64,000 bases of DNA from Octopus vulgaris (lineage: Eukaryota). The number at the start of each line of letters is the position of its first letter. The first letter of the stretch is position 1. Below, in pieces: positions 39,661 through 51,659 of this stretch. The notes under the pieces are model-generated. The model was not told the origin of the DNA, did no database searches, and saw only the letters and a program-made list of their open reading frames with translations. Made by a program: the position numbers and the translations under genes. Location: positions 43,586,001-43,650,000 of the forward strand of contig OX597830.1 of NCBI GenBank assembly GCA_951406725.2, given 5' to 3'.

Positions 39661-40063
39661 CAGTTCTATATTTAAGAGATGAGGAATTATGTACATTATT
39701 TACATTTGAAGGATATTTGTCCTCATTTTGTTTGTTGTTAACACAACATTTCGGCTGATATACTCTCCAGCCTTCATCAGGTGTCTTGGGGAAATTTCAA
39801 ACCTGGGTTCTCATTCCTGAGGTTTTTTTCAAAATTATCATTATTATTATTCAGGTCACTACTTGGAATTGAACTCAGAATCTTGGGGTTAGTAGCTCAC
39901 GCTCTTAACCAATATGCCATAAGCCACAATAATAATAATAATAATAACAACATCGAAATTTCCCCAAGACACCTGATAAAGGCTGGAGGGTATATCAGCC
40001 AAAATGTTGTGTTAACAACATTCAAGAGGAAGACAAATATCCATCAAATGTAAATAATGTACA
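39661..40063 (-). mobile_element. tRNA-headed, HHR-tailed SINE-like element with inverted 3'-end copy
   Basis: tRNA-like head 39925-39853 (A box TGGCATATTGG, B box GAGTTCAATTCC), (AAT)n, then the HHR tail; 109-bp inverted arms 39690-39798 / 39955-40063. Confidence 0.72.
39740..39785 (-). ncRNA. Minimal type I hammerhead ribozyme motif
   Basis: Minus strand: GACAC-CTGATGA-A-GGCTG(N10)CAGCC-GAAA-TGTT-GTGTT; stem I GACAC/GTGTT; stem III reduced to near-palindromic AATGTT (dimer-type). Confidence 0.75.
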
Positions 40064-42230
40064 AATGTCTTGTTTTCATAAGTTTTGAATTAAAATCTTC
40101 CACCAAACCTTAGTCACAATTTATGTTCCTAACACAAGCTTAATGGTTACTAAGTTAGAAAATTACTATTTTTAAATCTCACAACAAGATGTTCAGCAAC
40201 AGTACTTTGGAGTAAAGATTTTTGCCAACATAACATGGCAGTCCTGGTTTAGGATGAATGTTGCTGTAATTTAGCCCCAGGAGGCATCATCTCCAGCTGG
40301 CTATACGACAGACCATGTGTTGTCAGCTGGAGACTATGAAGTTTCTCTCAACTCTTTAAAGTAAAGTACATTGTCAAAGTCTTGTGTCAGGTTGAGTAGC
40401 CCATTTTGCTCAAAAGATTCCTGAATAAGATTTGTTTAAGGATGATGAATGAAACATTATGATTATTATTATTTTATCATATCAACTTCCCTGGAGAAGG
40501 TTGCAAAGTGTCAGCTGTCCATGATCAGTGGACTAAGATAACACACTTCCTTCAAATTTTGAGAACCCTACAGAGGATGTGCTGTTTGAAGCAATATTGC
40601 TTACTATAGAAGATGCTTTATTCCTACATATGCCACTATCTTTTCAATCCAATTTGTGAAATTCATATTTACAATATATAAGGCTCCAATAGTTACTATT
40701 ATTTAACAAAAAATGGCAGTAACACTGTTCTGGGCCAAAACAGACCTGGGAGTAATGGTGGTTGGTGTTAAGGAGGGAATCCAGTCATAAAATCCCCACA
40801 AAAACTGGCACAGTAACCCAGGGTAGATTTTCTACCTGGTTGGCTCCTGTCAACTGTTGTACATGTTTTCTTTTAAAGCCAAAACAAATTAAAACCTCAA
40901 AATACAGGTCATTGGTTAATAGTGTTACCCAGTATTTCAATGTTTCAGAGAAGTTGGCTACCAACACCTTTTTTTCTTAGATTTCCTGAAGAAGGAGTCC
41001 TTACCCTGAAATAGTGAAATACTGCAGAACAATACTAACTGTTAACCAGTATTTAACATTTTTTTTCAACTTCCATTGTTTTGGCTTTAAAAAAAGAAAC
41101 ACTTTACAAAAAATAAAAAATAAAAAACCCAAAAACGTATGTGTGTGTGCAAGCGTATTTAATTGTATTATATTTAATGACAGTGCAATTAATTTCAGTT
41201 GTTTATTTCTATAACATTATTATCATGTAGACAGCAAATTTCTGCTCATACCAAATTAGCTTTGCATTGAGTTCTTTTGTGGTCTATTGTCATTAATAGA
41301 AGCATTGTGGAAATATGTAATACTCAACATATGTACATATACAAAGCCCTAATTTGCATAATCTTTAATAACATTTGATATGCTTGCACAAAATAATAGC
41401 TTTTAAAACAAGCTGAATAACATGTGGCAGACACACTTGCAAAGTTACATCCACGCGCATTTCCACTTTGTAATGGCACTTGACAAAACTGGATTAGATT
41501 TCTACTTATATTTCATTTATATTTTATGGGTAGTAGATCTTAACTCTGTAAAACCAGGTAGTTTTAGTGCTCCATAAGCATGGGTGGTGGAGCTTTCAGA
41601 TCCTCCTATCGCCACTTTATTACGGGACCAGTAATACTATGACAATGAAACTTGGCACATTAATAAGCAAACATTTCTACATTACAAAGATGTCGCTGAT
41701 GTCATCATTTTATCCTAGAAAATCTAGTACTTTTATAGTGTTTAAAATTTTTCCAGTACCTCTGAGGCTGTGACCATGGACATAGGTACTGCAGAGAAAA
41801 AAATTCTAAATACTTTTAACAATATAATAGCTGACATTAGCATTTTTGTGATGACGCCATCAAATACACACAATCTAAAAATTTTTTTTACCTTTTTATA
41901 GTCTTTTATTCTTTTGCTTGTTTCAGTCATTTGATTGCAGCCATGCTGGAGCACTGCCTTTAGTCAAACAAATTATTCTTTGTAAGCCTAGTACTTAATG
42001 TATAAGTCTCTTTTGCCAAACCGCTTAGTTACGAAGACGTAAACACACCAGCATCGGTTGTCAAACAATGGTGGGGTAACAAACACAGGCACACAATGTA
42101 TGTGTGTGTGTGTGCGTGTATAGAGAGAGACGGGCTTCTTTCAGTTTCCATCTACCAAATCCACTCACAAAGCTTTGGTCAGCCTGAGACTATAGTAGGA
42201 GACACTTGCCCGAGGTGGTACACAGTGGGA

Positions 42231-44197
42231 ATGAAACTTCTTTATTTCATTATATTTGTCATAAAGGCATAATACAGATGAAGCTTTGTGGGCTGGACAC
42301 AGACACAATGATGATGATGAAATGAAAAAAGAGATGGTTGGTAGGGGAAGCAGCCAACGCCCGCCAATTGTTACTTCCCGATAACATTGTTCCTTTTTAA
42401 AACACAAATGAGGTGTTGAACCTCATACAATAATTACAAATTGAGGCACTGAGCCTCTTAAGCAATCGAAAAAGTTCAGCAAATATTCAACTTGAGGCGC
42501 TAAGCCTCTTACCAATCTCCAAGTTCTAATCGAGGCACTAAGACCTCTTACTCTGCCTCCCCGATTAAGTCTCTTGCCACCTGCAGGCAATCCTGCAGTC
42601 GCAAGCCAGGGTCCCAAAAAAGATAATTATATTCTTCCTTAGTAAAGGAATCCATCACCCTATAGAAGTAATTTTCCTCTATGACCTCCGCAGCCAATCT
42701 GGGATTTCAATGCAGGTTAGGACTGACTGTTCCCCGACCTTCAAAATTCCTCAAAGTTCTCTACAGCCCCTCCCTTAAGAAAGAAAATCACAAATTCCTC
42801 ATTTATTACACTGGGAGGAGCCACAGTTTCCTTCATTGGTGGCACAATTCCCACCGATGAGGTTCTGGAACATGCTGGCAGTGTACTGCAAACTGCCAGC
42901 ACTGTCCCATTCTTTTTCTTTTTTTTTTGTCTTTGATACAGGAGGGGGTGGTTCCTTCACTTTAACTGGAGGATCATCACTCCCTCCCAAGTTTTAGAGT
43001 CCTTTGGTGAGCAACCATTGTTGCCCACTTTTTTTCCGGGGAGGTCCCTACCTCCTCGACTACCTCCATCTCTCCCTCCAGAGGAGGAGGTGGGGGCTCT
43101 TCCACAACCAACTGTTCCAGAACCCTACTCTCGTCCTGGGTACAGTTCTTTTTGATGTGGCCTGGTTCCAGACACAGGTGATACTTGGGGGTGGGGGATG
43201 TCCCTCAAGAATCACCAGGTACCTGCAACCAGCCATTTTCAAAAAATTCAGAAAAACCAGGTTCTTGGCTGATTGGGTCCACAGGGTCAAAACAGCTTTT
43301 GACCCAACCCAATCAGACACTGGCAAAATTTTAACATTAAGCAGCTTAGATCCGCTGCTACCCAGACCCTGGCGGATAGTGTCCTCTATCCACTTGGGTT
43401 CTATCCCGGGTGGCAACCCGCAGACCCAAGCTCTTGTAAACTTCTTTCCACCATACATGGGAAGAAACAAAATCTCTTTGCCCTCTAAGGTCTGGCTCGC
43501 AAATTTGCGAGCCTCCTCAGGGGTGTCAAATAGCAACCTCACCGTTACATATTTGACCCCGCTAGAGATGAATTTAATAGTTGGCAAATACTCTGCCAAC
43601 TCTTTTAAAATCTGAGTCTTTTGAAAGAGGGCGATGGTGTTGAGCAAATTTGAGTAAGTCCTTAACACCACTGTCCTCTCTTCAAAATTTTTCATCCACA
43701 GTTTAGGTGGGGCAATCTCCCACTCCAATGCGGTGTTGTTTGTCTTTTTTGCCATGTTTTTTTTTTTTAAAAAGGTTCACAAAAAACAATGCAGGAAAGA
43801 AGGAAGAAGACAAGAAACAGTTCCAAAACACAGCAAACTATTCTGGCCATCCTGGTACTCCTGGCCAACTCGGTAAGCCTCTTGGTAAGGGCACAAAACA
43901 GTCACACAAAAATGGTAAAAAAATAAGCACAATTATAGGAGGAGGGATACGCCCCAAAACACACTTTTCACCCCCAAGTGAGACTTTAAACACAACTACA
44001 GGCAGACAAATGCGTGGAACTCAGTGGAGGTTTCTTGTTCGACAAAATAATCAAACACGAGCAACAAACCCCCACTGAATCCAAAAAAAAACCCAAAAGT
44101 CTTACCTGGTAGTTGTGCTTCACTTGTTCAATAATTCACAACATTAGTGTACAGCAACGTGACTCCTAGCAGTGCAAAGAAAACACTAACAATGACA
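42231..44197 (-). mobile_element. ORF1/gag-only element (RRM-like plus CCHC knuckle, L1/Tx1-like) interrupting a SINE
   Basis: ORF 43060..43755; a shifted frame gives YHLCLEPGHIKKNC (43140-43183); decayed C-terminal coding to ~42570; AATAAA near the 3' end; no RT; SINE halves at 42130-42230 and 44198-44243. Confidence 0.65.
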
Positions 44198-44439
44198 CAT
44201 GTGCAGTAAGCAAGCTCTTACCACACAGCCACTCCTGCGCCTATAATATATGCTGAAATTTTTCAAGAACTACTTTTGTTATACTGAAACTTGGCAGGAA
44301 TATCCATAATTATCCCTTTATCATCCAGATTATTTGACAAATGTAATCCTTATATATCCACATTGTTTTGTCAACCATTATCTCATAGGTTCAAGTTTAT
44401 GTGATTGATTAAGAATGATATTTTAAGAATGACGTACAT

Positions 44440-44760
44440 ATGTATGTATCTTCTTTTCTTTTTCTTTTATCCCGTCTGTCTTGATAGACAATGGGTCGCG
44501 CCAAGGGTGGGGCCTACTTTGATGATGAGCAGCGTCTGCTGTGACTGAACAGTCCAATTCTAGAGTGGCAGTCCCTAGTACAGTTGCTGCACACGAACAT
44601 CGATGGGTACGTGTGGGGTGTTGCTGCAGTTGTCCTCCTCCTGTCACGCCTGTCCGACCACAGCTGTGCTCTCCTTTCCTCAGCCATGGAAACGCCTTTC
44701 CTCACTGTCCGACGCCAGGCAGAGCGGTCAGCAGCTGTTACCTCCCACGTGTCCACACAG
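44440..44760 (-). mobile_element. RTE/BovB-like LINE 3' fragment
   Basis: WEVTAADRSAWRRTVRKG...FVCSNCTRDCHSRIGLFSHSRRC, a typical RTE C-terminus. Confidence 0.85.
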
Positions 44761-45294
44761 ATGTTGTGTGTATGTATGTATGTATATACCCTCATCATCA
44801 TCGTTTTAGTGTCCACTTTTCCATGTTTGTATAGGTCAGATGGAATATGTTTCCCAACCATGTCATCACTGGTTCAGTCCCACTGCATGACACAATTGGG
44901 CAATTGCCCTCTGCTCAAGCTCCAGGCCAACTAAAGCCTTGTGAATGAATTTAAACATATAACTGAAAAAAGCCCGTTGTATATACACAATTGCCGAAGA
45001 AAGCTTTGTTATTGCACAACGTGCCACCACATGGCTACCCAGACTGTTGAAACCATTAAGCATTTGGGTTTTGAGGTGCTGGAACACCCAAGGACAGCTC
45101 AAAGATGGTTTATGAGGTTGTCTATTTCCTACAGATGAAGATGTGAAGAAAGCAGTGCATAAATGGTTGCATGACATACAGTAAACCTTCTTCTTAGAGG
45201 GAATACACAAGCTTGTGGATTGCTGCAACAAGTGCATTGAAAAGGAAGGAGACTATATAGAAAAATTACATACTTGTTTATTCCCTGGCACAAC

Positions 45295-45486
45295 GCCTGA
45301 TCAGCGCTCATGTGCCCCCTGATCGGCGCTCGCGCACCGCCTGATCGGCGCTCGCTCACCGCCTGATCTGCGCTCGTGCACCGCTTGATCGGCACTCGTG
45401 CACCACTTAATCGGCACTCGTTCACCGCTTGATCGGCACTCGTTCACCGCTTGATCGACGCTCATGCACCGCCTGATTGGCACTCA
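45295..45486. repeat. 22-bp GC-rich tandem repeat, ~8.5 copies
   Basis: Unit GCCTGATCGGCGCTCGTGCACC. Confidence 0.92.
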
Positions 45487-46537
45487 GGTGTAACCAGCCC
45501 ACTTATGAGTACCCCTCATTCATTGGACAATAAACTTTGCTTTTGAAGACCTACTGAGGCAAGTGAAATCAAATCAAAATCACTGACATGGCCGATGACG
45601 GTACCGCCTGATTGGCACTCATGTGAGTGGATGTTAAAAGCACATCCAACAGTGATCGTTGCCAGGGCCACAGATTGGCTCCCGTGCCGGTAGCATGAAA
45701 AAGCAGCATTCAAATGCCAGTGTTGCCTTACTGGCACATGTGCCGGTGGCACGTGAAAAACAACATTCGAGTGTAGTCATTACCAGTGCCGCCGGACTTG
45801 CTCCCATGCAGGTAGCACATAAAAAACACCTTTTGTGCATGGTCATTGCCAGAACTGCCTGACTGACCCTCATGCCAGTGGCACGTAAAAGCACCCACTA
45901 CACTCTCGGAGTGGTTGGCGTTAGAAAGGGCATCCAGCTGTAGAAACTTTGCCAGATCTCATTGAATCTAGTGCAGCCTTCTGGCTCACCAGTCCTCAGT
46001 CAAACCGTCCAACCCATTCCAACATGGAAAGCAGACATTAAACAATGATGATGATGATGATGACATTGAAAAATAAGAGTGCGTATAAGGTTTGACTCTC
46101 CCTCATATACACATATATATCAAGTTTGTATGGTTGTCTATAGAAGAAGATATTAATCAATGAAATTTCAACTTAGTCTGATTTCTCATATTTTATTCGT
46201 TTATTTTTTTACTCGTTTCAGCCATGCAGCTGCAGTCATGCTGGATCACAACCATGATTATTATTTGCAATTTTTACAACTTTTACTAAATAAGTATTAA
46301 TTGTTAAATATGAATTTTAAATTTTTTTATTTGTTAATGATAATTTAGATATGTATATTTATTTAATTTTTATTATTATTTTATAATTATTATACCTGAA
46401 CATACATTTTAGAATATTAGTTAGTCACTTTGGGATCTAGATCGTTAAAATGTTTTAATTTAAATAAAAGTTCTTATTATATTTCTAGTCCTATTATAAT
46501 AATAGTAATAATAAGTATTTTATAATAAGTTATACGT

Positions 46538-46766
46538 TTAACCCTTTAATGTTTAAACCGGCCAAATCTGGCCCAATATATTCTACATGTTTTATATTCA
46601 AACTGGCGATATCTAGCCTCTCACTCCTAACCTACAATGCCATTCTGAAAATAAACAATCACATCATTGAAACCTCAAAGCTATAAGATAATGCATGATT
46701 AATTCAAAACAATTTGAGAAAAAAAGTATTATATTTAACAGAGTATTCTGAACACTAAAGGGTTAA
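46538..46766. mobile_element. TTAA-flanked piggyBac-like MITE
   Basis: TTAACCCTTTA...TAAAGGGTTAA; a split, diverged copy lies at 10199-10299 plus 11550-11656. Confidence 0.7.
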
Positions 46767-48549
46767 TAAAAAGTTATACGTTTTTACTTTGGAATTTTCC
46801 TATTCTTATTTTTTATTTCATAAATATTTTCAAAAGATATCTATAATATTTATGTAAGTAATAATGGACTAATTTATTTATTGTTTATATGTTTATTGAT
46901 AGAAAAAATATATATTTTTAACTACTATATTTGTTGATTATAATTTAGATACTTATTTTTATATATTTATTATTTTATAATTATTATATGTGAACTAAAA
47001 TCTAATAATATTAAGAGTGATTGTTTTGTAAAATAGTTTGGTAATTAAATATTAGAGTATAACCAGGTTAAAGATATTCTATAGTTTATTAATGTTTTTT
47101 TATTAAGCTAAATTATATCTTCACAGATAAATACATTTTTCTATCTATTTACTCTATTTTTTTACCTTAAATATTTAACATAATAAATGTATTGTAGGCA
47201 ACTGATCCTAATGTTTTAAGTTTCAAATTTAGTTAATGGAGTTTCTTCTATAAGAAAAATCATTATTTTATTTTTTAATAAATATTGTTTAACTCTATTT
47301 GCTTATTTATTTAACTATTATTGTTAACCTGAAGAGTGGCTATAATTTTAAATTGAATTGATTTTCAATTAAATTTAAATTTAATTGTAATTTGAATTTA
47401 ATTATAGCCATAGTTTTTTACTTACTATATATTGATTATTCATTTTTATACATTTTGTGATCAAGTTATATGTTTTATAAAAATATATTTTATTTTCTAT
47501 TTATGATTTGCTTTATGTCTATCATTGTTTGAATTGCATAATAGTGGGTTTTTTCTCTAATTTATATATTATTTATATTGTAGAATTTGATTTAATACTA
47601 AATTGAATTTTTCCTTGTAAGTTTGGAGTTATACTCCCTAATATTATTATATATATATATATCACCATCATTATCATCATTGTTTAACGTCCACCTTCCA
47701 TGTGTGCCCTTGTCTTGATATCATGTGATGGTTATAAAGTAACTGATCATCATCATCATTATTATCATCCATACAATGTTATTGATTTATTTCTATGAAA
47801 AACATTCCTACCCATGGGGAAATATTACCATGCTTGGAAACAGGTGAGGGTTGGCAACAGCAAGGGCATCCAGCCATAGGAAATTTGCCTCAAATAAACT
47901 CTATCTGACCCATGCAAGCATGGTCAAGTGACATTTCATGATGATGATGATAATGCTGTATATTTGCAAGTAAATATTTTGTGGTAGAAGTACGAAAGCA
48001 TTAGACAAAATACTTTGAAGTATTTATTTTGGCTTCTTTTGTGTTCTGAGTTCAATTCCTACTGAGGTCAACTTTCTCCATCATTCTGGGGTCAATAAAT
48101 GAAAAACCACCCAAGGGTTGTAGACTGGTGGAATCACTACAGCATTGAAGAGGTTGCTTCATTCGATATTAGGAAAGGCATCCAGCCATAGAAACCATGC
48201 CAAAACAGTCATGGGGCCCAAGCAGCTCTCCAACTGACCAACTCCTGTCAAACCCTCCAACTCATGCCAGCATGGAAAACAGATGATGATTATGATATAT
48301 CATCATCATCATTTAACGTCTGTTTTCCATGCTGGCATGGGTTGGGCAGTTTGACTGGAAACTGTTAAGCTGATATATATGATGGGTGTTTTTTTTCAAT
48401 CTTGGTTGACCTGAGCAGGATTGAACCCAGAAGCATATTGTTGGGAAGTAAACTTCTTACCACACAGCCAGACCTGAACCTATAGCCTTTTCTTTTTTTT
48501 TTTTTTAAGTGAATGAAATAACATGAAAAATAGAAGGAAAATCACTTAC

Positions 48550-48636
48550 ATTCCCAACTTTTCAAATGTAGCAGCATTTGGTTTGCGCAGATTATTGACG
48601 AAAAACTCGAGTTTGAAAGATGATGGGTTTGTTGCT
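48550..48636 (-). CDS. VIRMA: VIRMA coding exon (VIR_N)
   Basis: 87 nt, AG/GTAAG, phase 2-2; ATNPSSFKLEFFVNNLRKPNAATFEKLG, like vertebrate TSPHTFQLDLFFNNVSKPSAPVFDRLG. Confidence 0.93.
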
Positions 48637-49471
48637 CTGAAAGTAAAAGAAAATTACAGATAAATTATTTTATAAATCATTTTAAGGATGGAGTGTTCAA
48701 GTTGAATTGAAAAAGGTTAAAGGCTACATGCAAAACACAAACCCTGCTGTTTTATATTTTAACCTTTTAACAGTGGAATTAGATATCATGCTTGAGAAAA
48801 CCTGTTGAGTCAAGTGAAATTGTTGTCATGGCCGATGCCAGTGTCACCTGACTGATACTCATGCGGTGGCACATAAAAAGGTTCCATTGAAGTGTGGCTG
48901 ATGCCAGTGCCACTTGACTGGCTCTTGTGCCAGTGGTGCATAAAAAGCAACCATCCAAGCGTGGTTGATGCCAGTGCTGCCTGACTGGCACCCATGCCGG
49001 TGGCATGTAAAAGGCACCATTCAAGCATGGGCAATGCAAGTGCCAGTGGAACATAAAAAGCACCCACTACACTCAGAGTGGTTGGCATTAGGAAGGGCAT
49101 CCAGCTGTAGAAACCTTGCTAGAACAGATTCAAGCCTGGTGCAGCCTCTTGGCATGCCAGTCCTCAGTCAAACCATCCAACCCATGCCAGCATGGAAAGC
49201 AGACAGTAAATAATGATTCCAGAATGAACTTCAATATCTGCCAAAAAATAGAATTGGCATTTTCTGCAAGTTACATTGCCTCAATACCATCATCATTTAA
49301 TGTCTGTTTTCATTCCTGGCATCCATTGGATGGTTTCAAAGGAGCTGGAAAGAGCCACAACAGGTTCCATTGTCTGTTTTGATTTAGTTTCTACAGTTGG
49401 ATGCCCTTCCTAATGCCAACAACTTTATAGTGTACTGGATGCTTTTTATGTGGCACCATCACCAGTGCTAA

Positions 49472-49520
<49 letters not shown>

Positions 49521-49606
49521 TAGCACTGGTGATGGTGCCACATAATGATGGTGTGTATACATATATATATATATATATGTATACACACACACACACACAC
49601 ATACAT

Positions 49607-49654
<48 letters not shown>

Positions 49655-49692
49655 TGATCAAAATAAAATAAAAACATGATGCGAAGGATTCA

Positions 49693-49770
49693 GCGGTACA
49701 TATGTTTCGGGCCTTTATTAGACAGATTTATAACAATGCATAATGTATGTCTGTGGCCTTCTTCAGTCGC
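49693..49770 (-). ncRNA. Type I hammerhead ribozyme motif in the Penelope 3' terminal repeat
   Basis: Minus strand: GCGA-CTGAAGA-A-GGCC(ACAGAC..ATCTGT)GGCC-C-GAAA-CATAT-GTA-CCGC; stem III region is the palindrome ACATATGT; stem I is short and imperfect. Confidence 0.7.
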
Positions 49771-51659
49771 GCACAACAGCTTCCACAAGGACATGTGTTA
49801 CATCAAAAATTCTTGGTTGGGGATGCAAATCCTCTCATTCAGGTACGACATAATGCGGCAGCAGCATAGAATTGAAGCGTCCATCTCTTTCTTCTCTCAA
49901 TGTAGAATGAGGAAAATTGGATGTTGAGGTAATGTAAATAAATAAATACATATATAGAGGTGAAGATGGAGGGGCGAGAGTTCGGGACGAGGGATAAAAA
50001 ATGTATAAAAAGTGTAAGTATAGAATAATATAAAAATGTAGAGGATAAAGATATAAAGAGTTGTAAGGAGATGTAAAGGGGGTATAAAGAAATATAAAGA
50101 AATATAAATAAATGTAAAGGCATAAGGTTATAAAGTAAAAATAGAAATAGAAATAAAAGTAAAAAAACCTGATAAAAACATGATAAAAGTGTAAAAGAAT
50201 GTAAAGATAAGGGATGTATAGAGGTTACGGACCAAGCATGGTGGTCAGGAGATTGATAAAATTTAGTTGTAGAATTGTCAGTAAATCAACAGTTTCGTCT
50301 GGGGACTTAATGCGTTGTAAATCAGAGCTGATGAGCATTTAATCTGGTTCCTTGAATTAAATGGACTTCTAGTACATACATATCATGGATACATACACCC
50401 ACATACACGCGTACGTATACGCCTCCAAGCCTATAAGCATACACACGCACTCGCGTGTAAACACGTGCATAAACCTACACGCACCCACACGCACACACAC
50501 ACATACATACAACAGAATATCCGCATATATACACGGACATTACGCGCGTACACGCTCACATGTATATACGCGCGCCCATCACTACATACACACACGTATA
50601 TGCCCACGCCTCTAGGTCTAGGTATAAGATATTAAAGGATGTGTATAAGAACGCATGTAAAGAATCGCGTACTCATGTCAATACGTGCACACACACACGG
50701 CTGTGTGTCCGTATGTGTGTGCACATATACACTCATATACACACACAGAGACACGCGCACATGGGTATAGCTATAAGATATCGAAGTATGCATGTACATA
50801 TATGCGTGTACATATATGCGCGTGCATATGTATGTATGCGTATACACACGCACGCGGACGCTCGTATATTCAAAAAGTGGATCCATAGGTAAGTAAATAA
50901 ACATATATAGAGGTGTAAAGCGATAAGTTAGGGGTAAGAATGAGGGTAAGGGTAAAGATTAGAAATAAAAAATACAGTATAAAATAAGAAATACAATGTA
51001 ATAGTTAGAAATGAAGTATAAGAATTATAAAAATTATAAGAGTTAAGGTAAGGGATGAAAATGAAAATGAGAATAAATGGAAGTAGAATAAAAGTAAAAA
51101 TAAAATTAAAAATAAAAATAAATGGAAGTAGGATAAAAGTAAAAATAAAAGTAAAAATAAAAATAAAATAAAATAAGATAAAAATATAATTTTGTAAAGT
51201 TTAACATGAGATGAAGGTGGTTGAAAGTTAGAGGTGTGTGTTAAACGTAGGGGCGGGCGGGGGGAACTGAAAATTGGAAGGGTGGGAAGTGGAGTTTGGC
51301 GGTGTGCGTTCAACATCTGAGTTAGAAATGTGAAAGGGTATAGATATAGGGAATTAAAGAGACTACATAGGGAGGATATGGGTGTAGGAGAAGAAATATT
51401 TAGGGAAAAGAAGTCATATATGGGAGACAAAATTTGTATATATAGGAGGAAAATGCAGGGAACCGTATATGCACATACACACACCCACACACACACAGGC
51501 ACATGTATATATATATGTATATGTACACATACGTACACGTATGTACACATACATACGCACACACACACATACACACGCACATATAGGAAAGCGGGATGTG
51601 CTGGAGCCGACAGGTTGCACCGGGTGGGAGGAAATTGCATGGGGGAGTTGGTATAAGAC

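Noticed and set aside
43004-43615. 203-aa plus-strand ORF (also 23860..24801 and 51005..51667)
   Set aside because: Antisense or alternative-frame shadows of real ORFs, or low-complexity UTR sequence; no domain features.
49795-49840. SECIS-like ATGA...TGAT hairpin in the Penelope 3' UTR (some Naiad elements encode selenoproteins)
   Set aside because: The helix is weak, the apical AA is not properly placed, and the visible ORF has no in-frame TGA.
50327-50370. CTGATGAG plus 8-bp stem CATTTAAT/ATTAAATG as a hammerhead
   Set aside because: No GAAA after the stem, and it is antisense to the element.
50925-50965. Telomere-like TTAGGGG/TAAGGG repeats
   Set aside because: Only a few degenerate units within the low-complexity Penelope 3' UTR.
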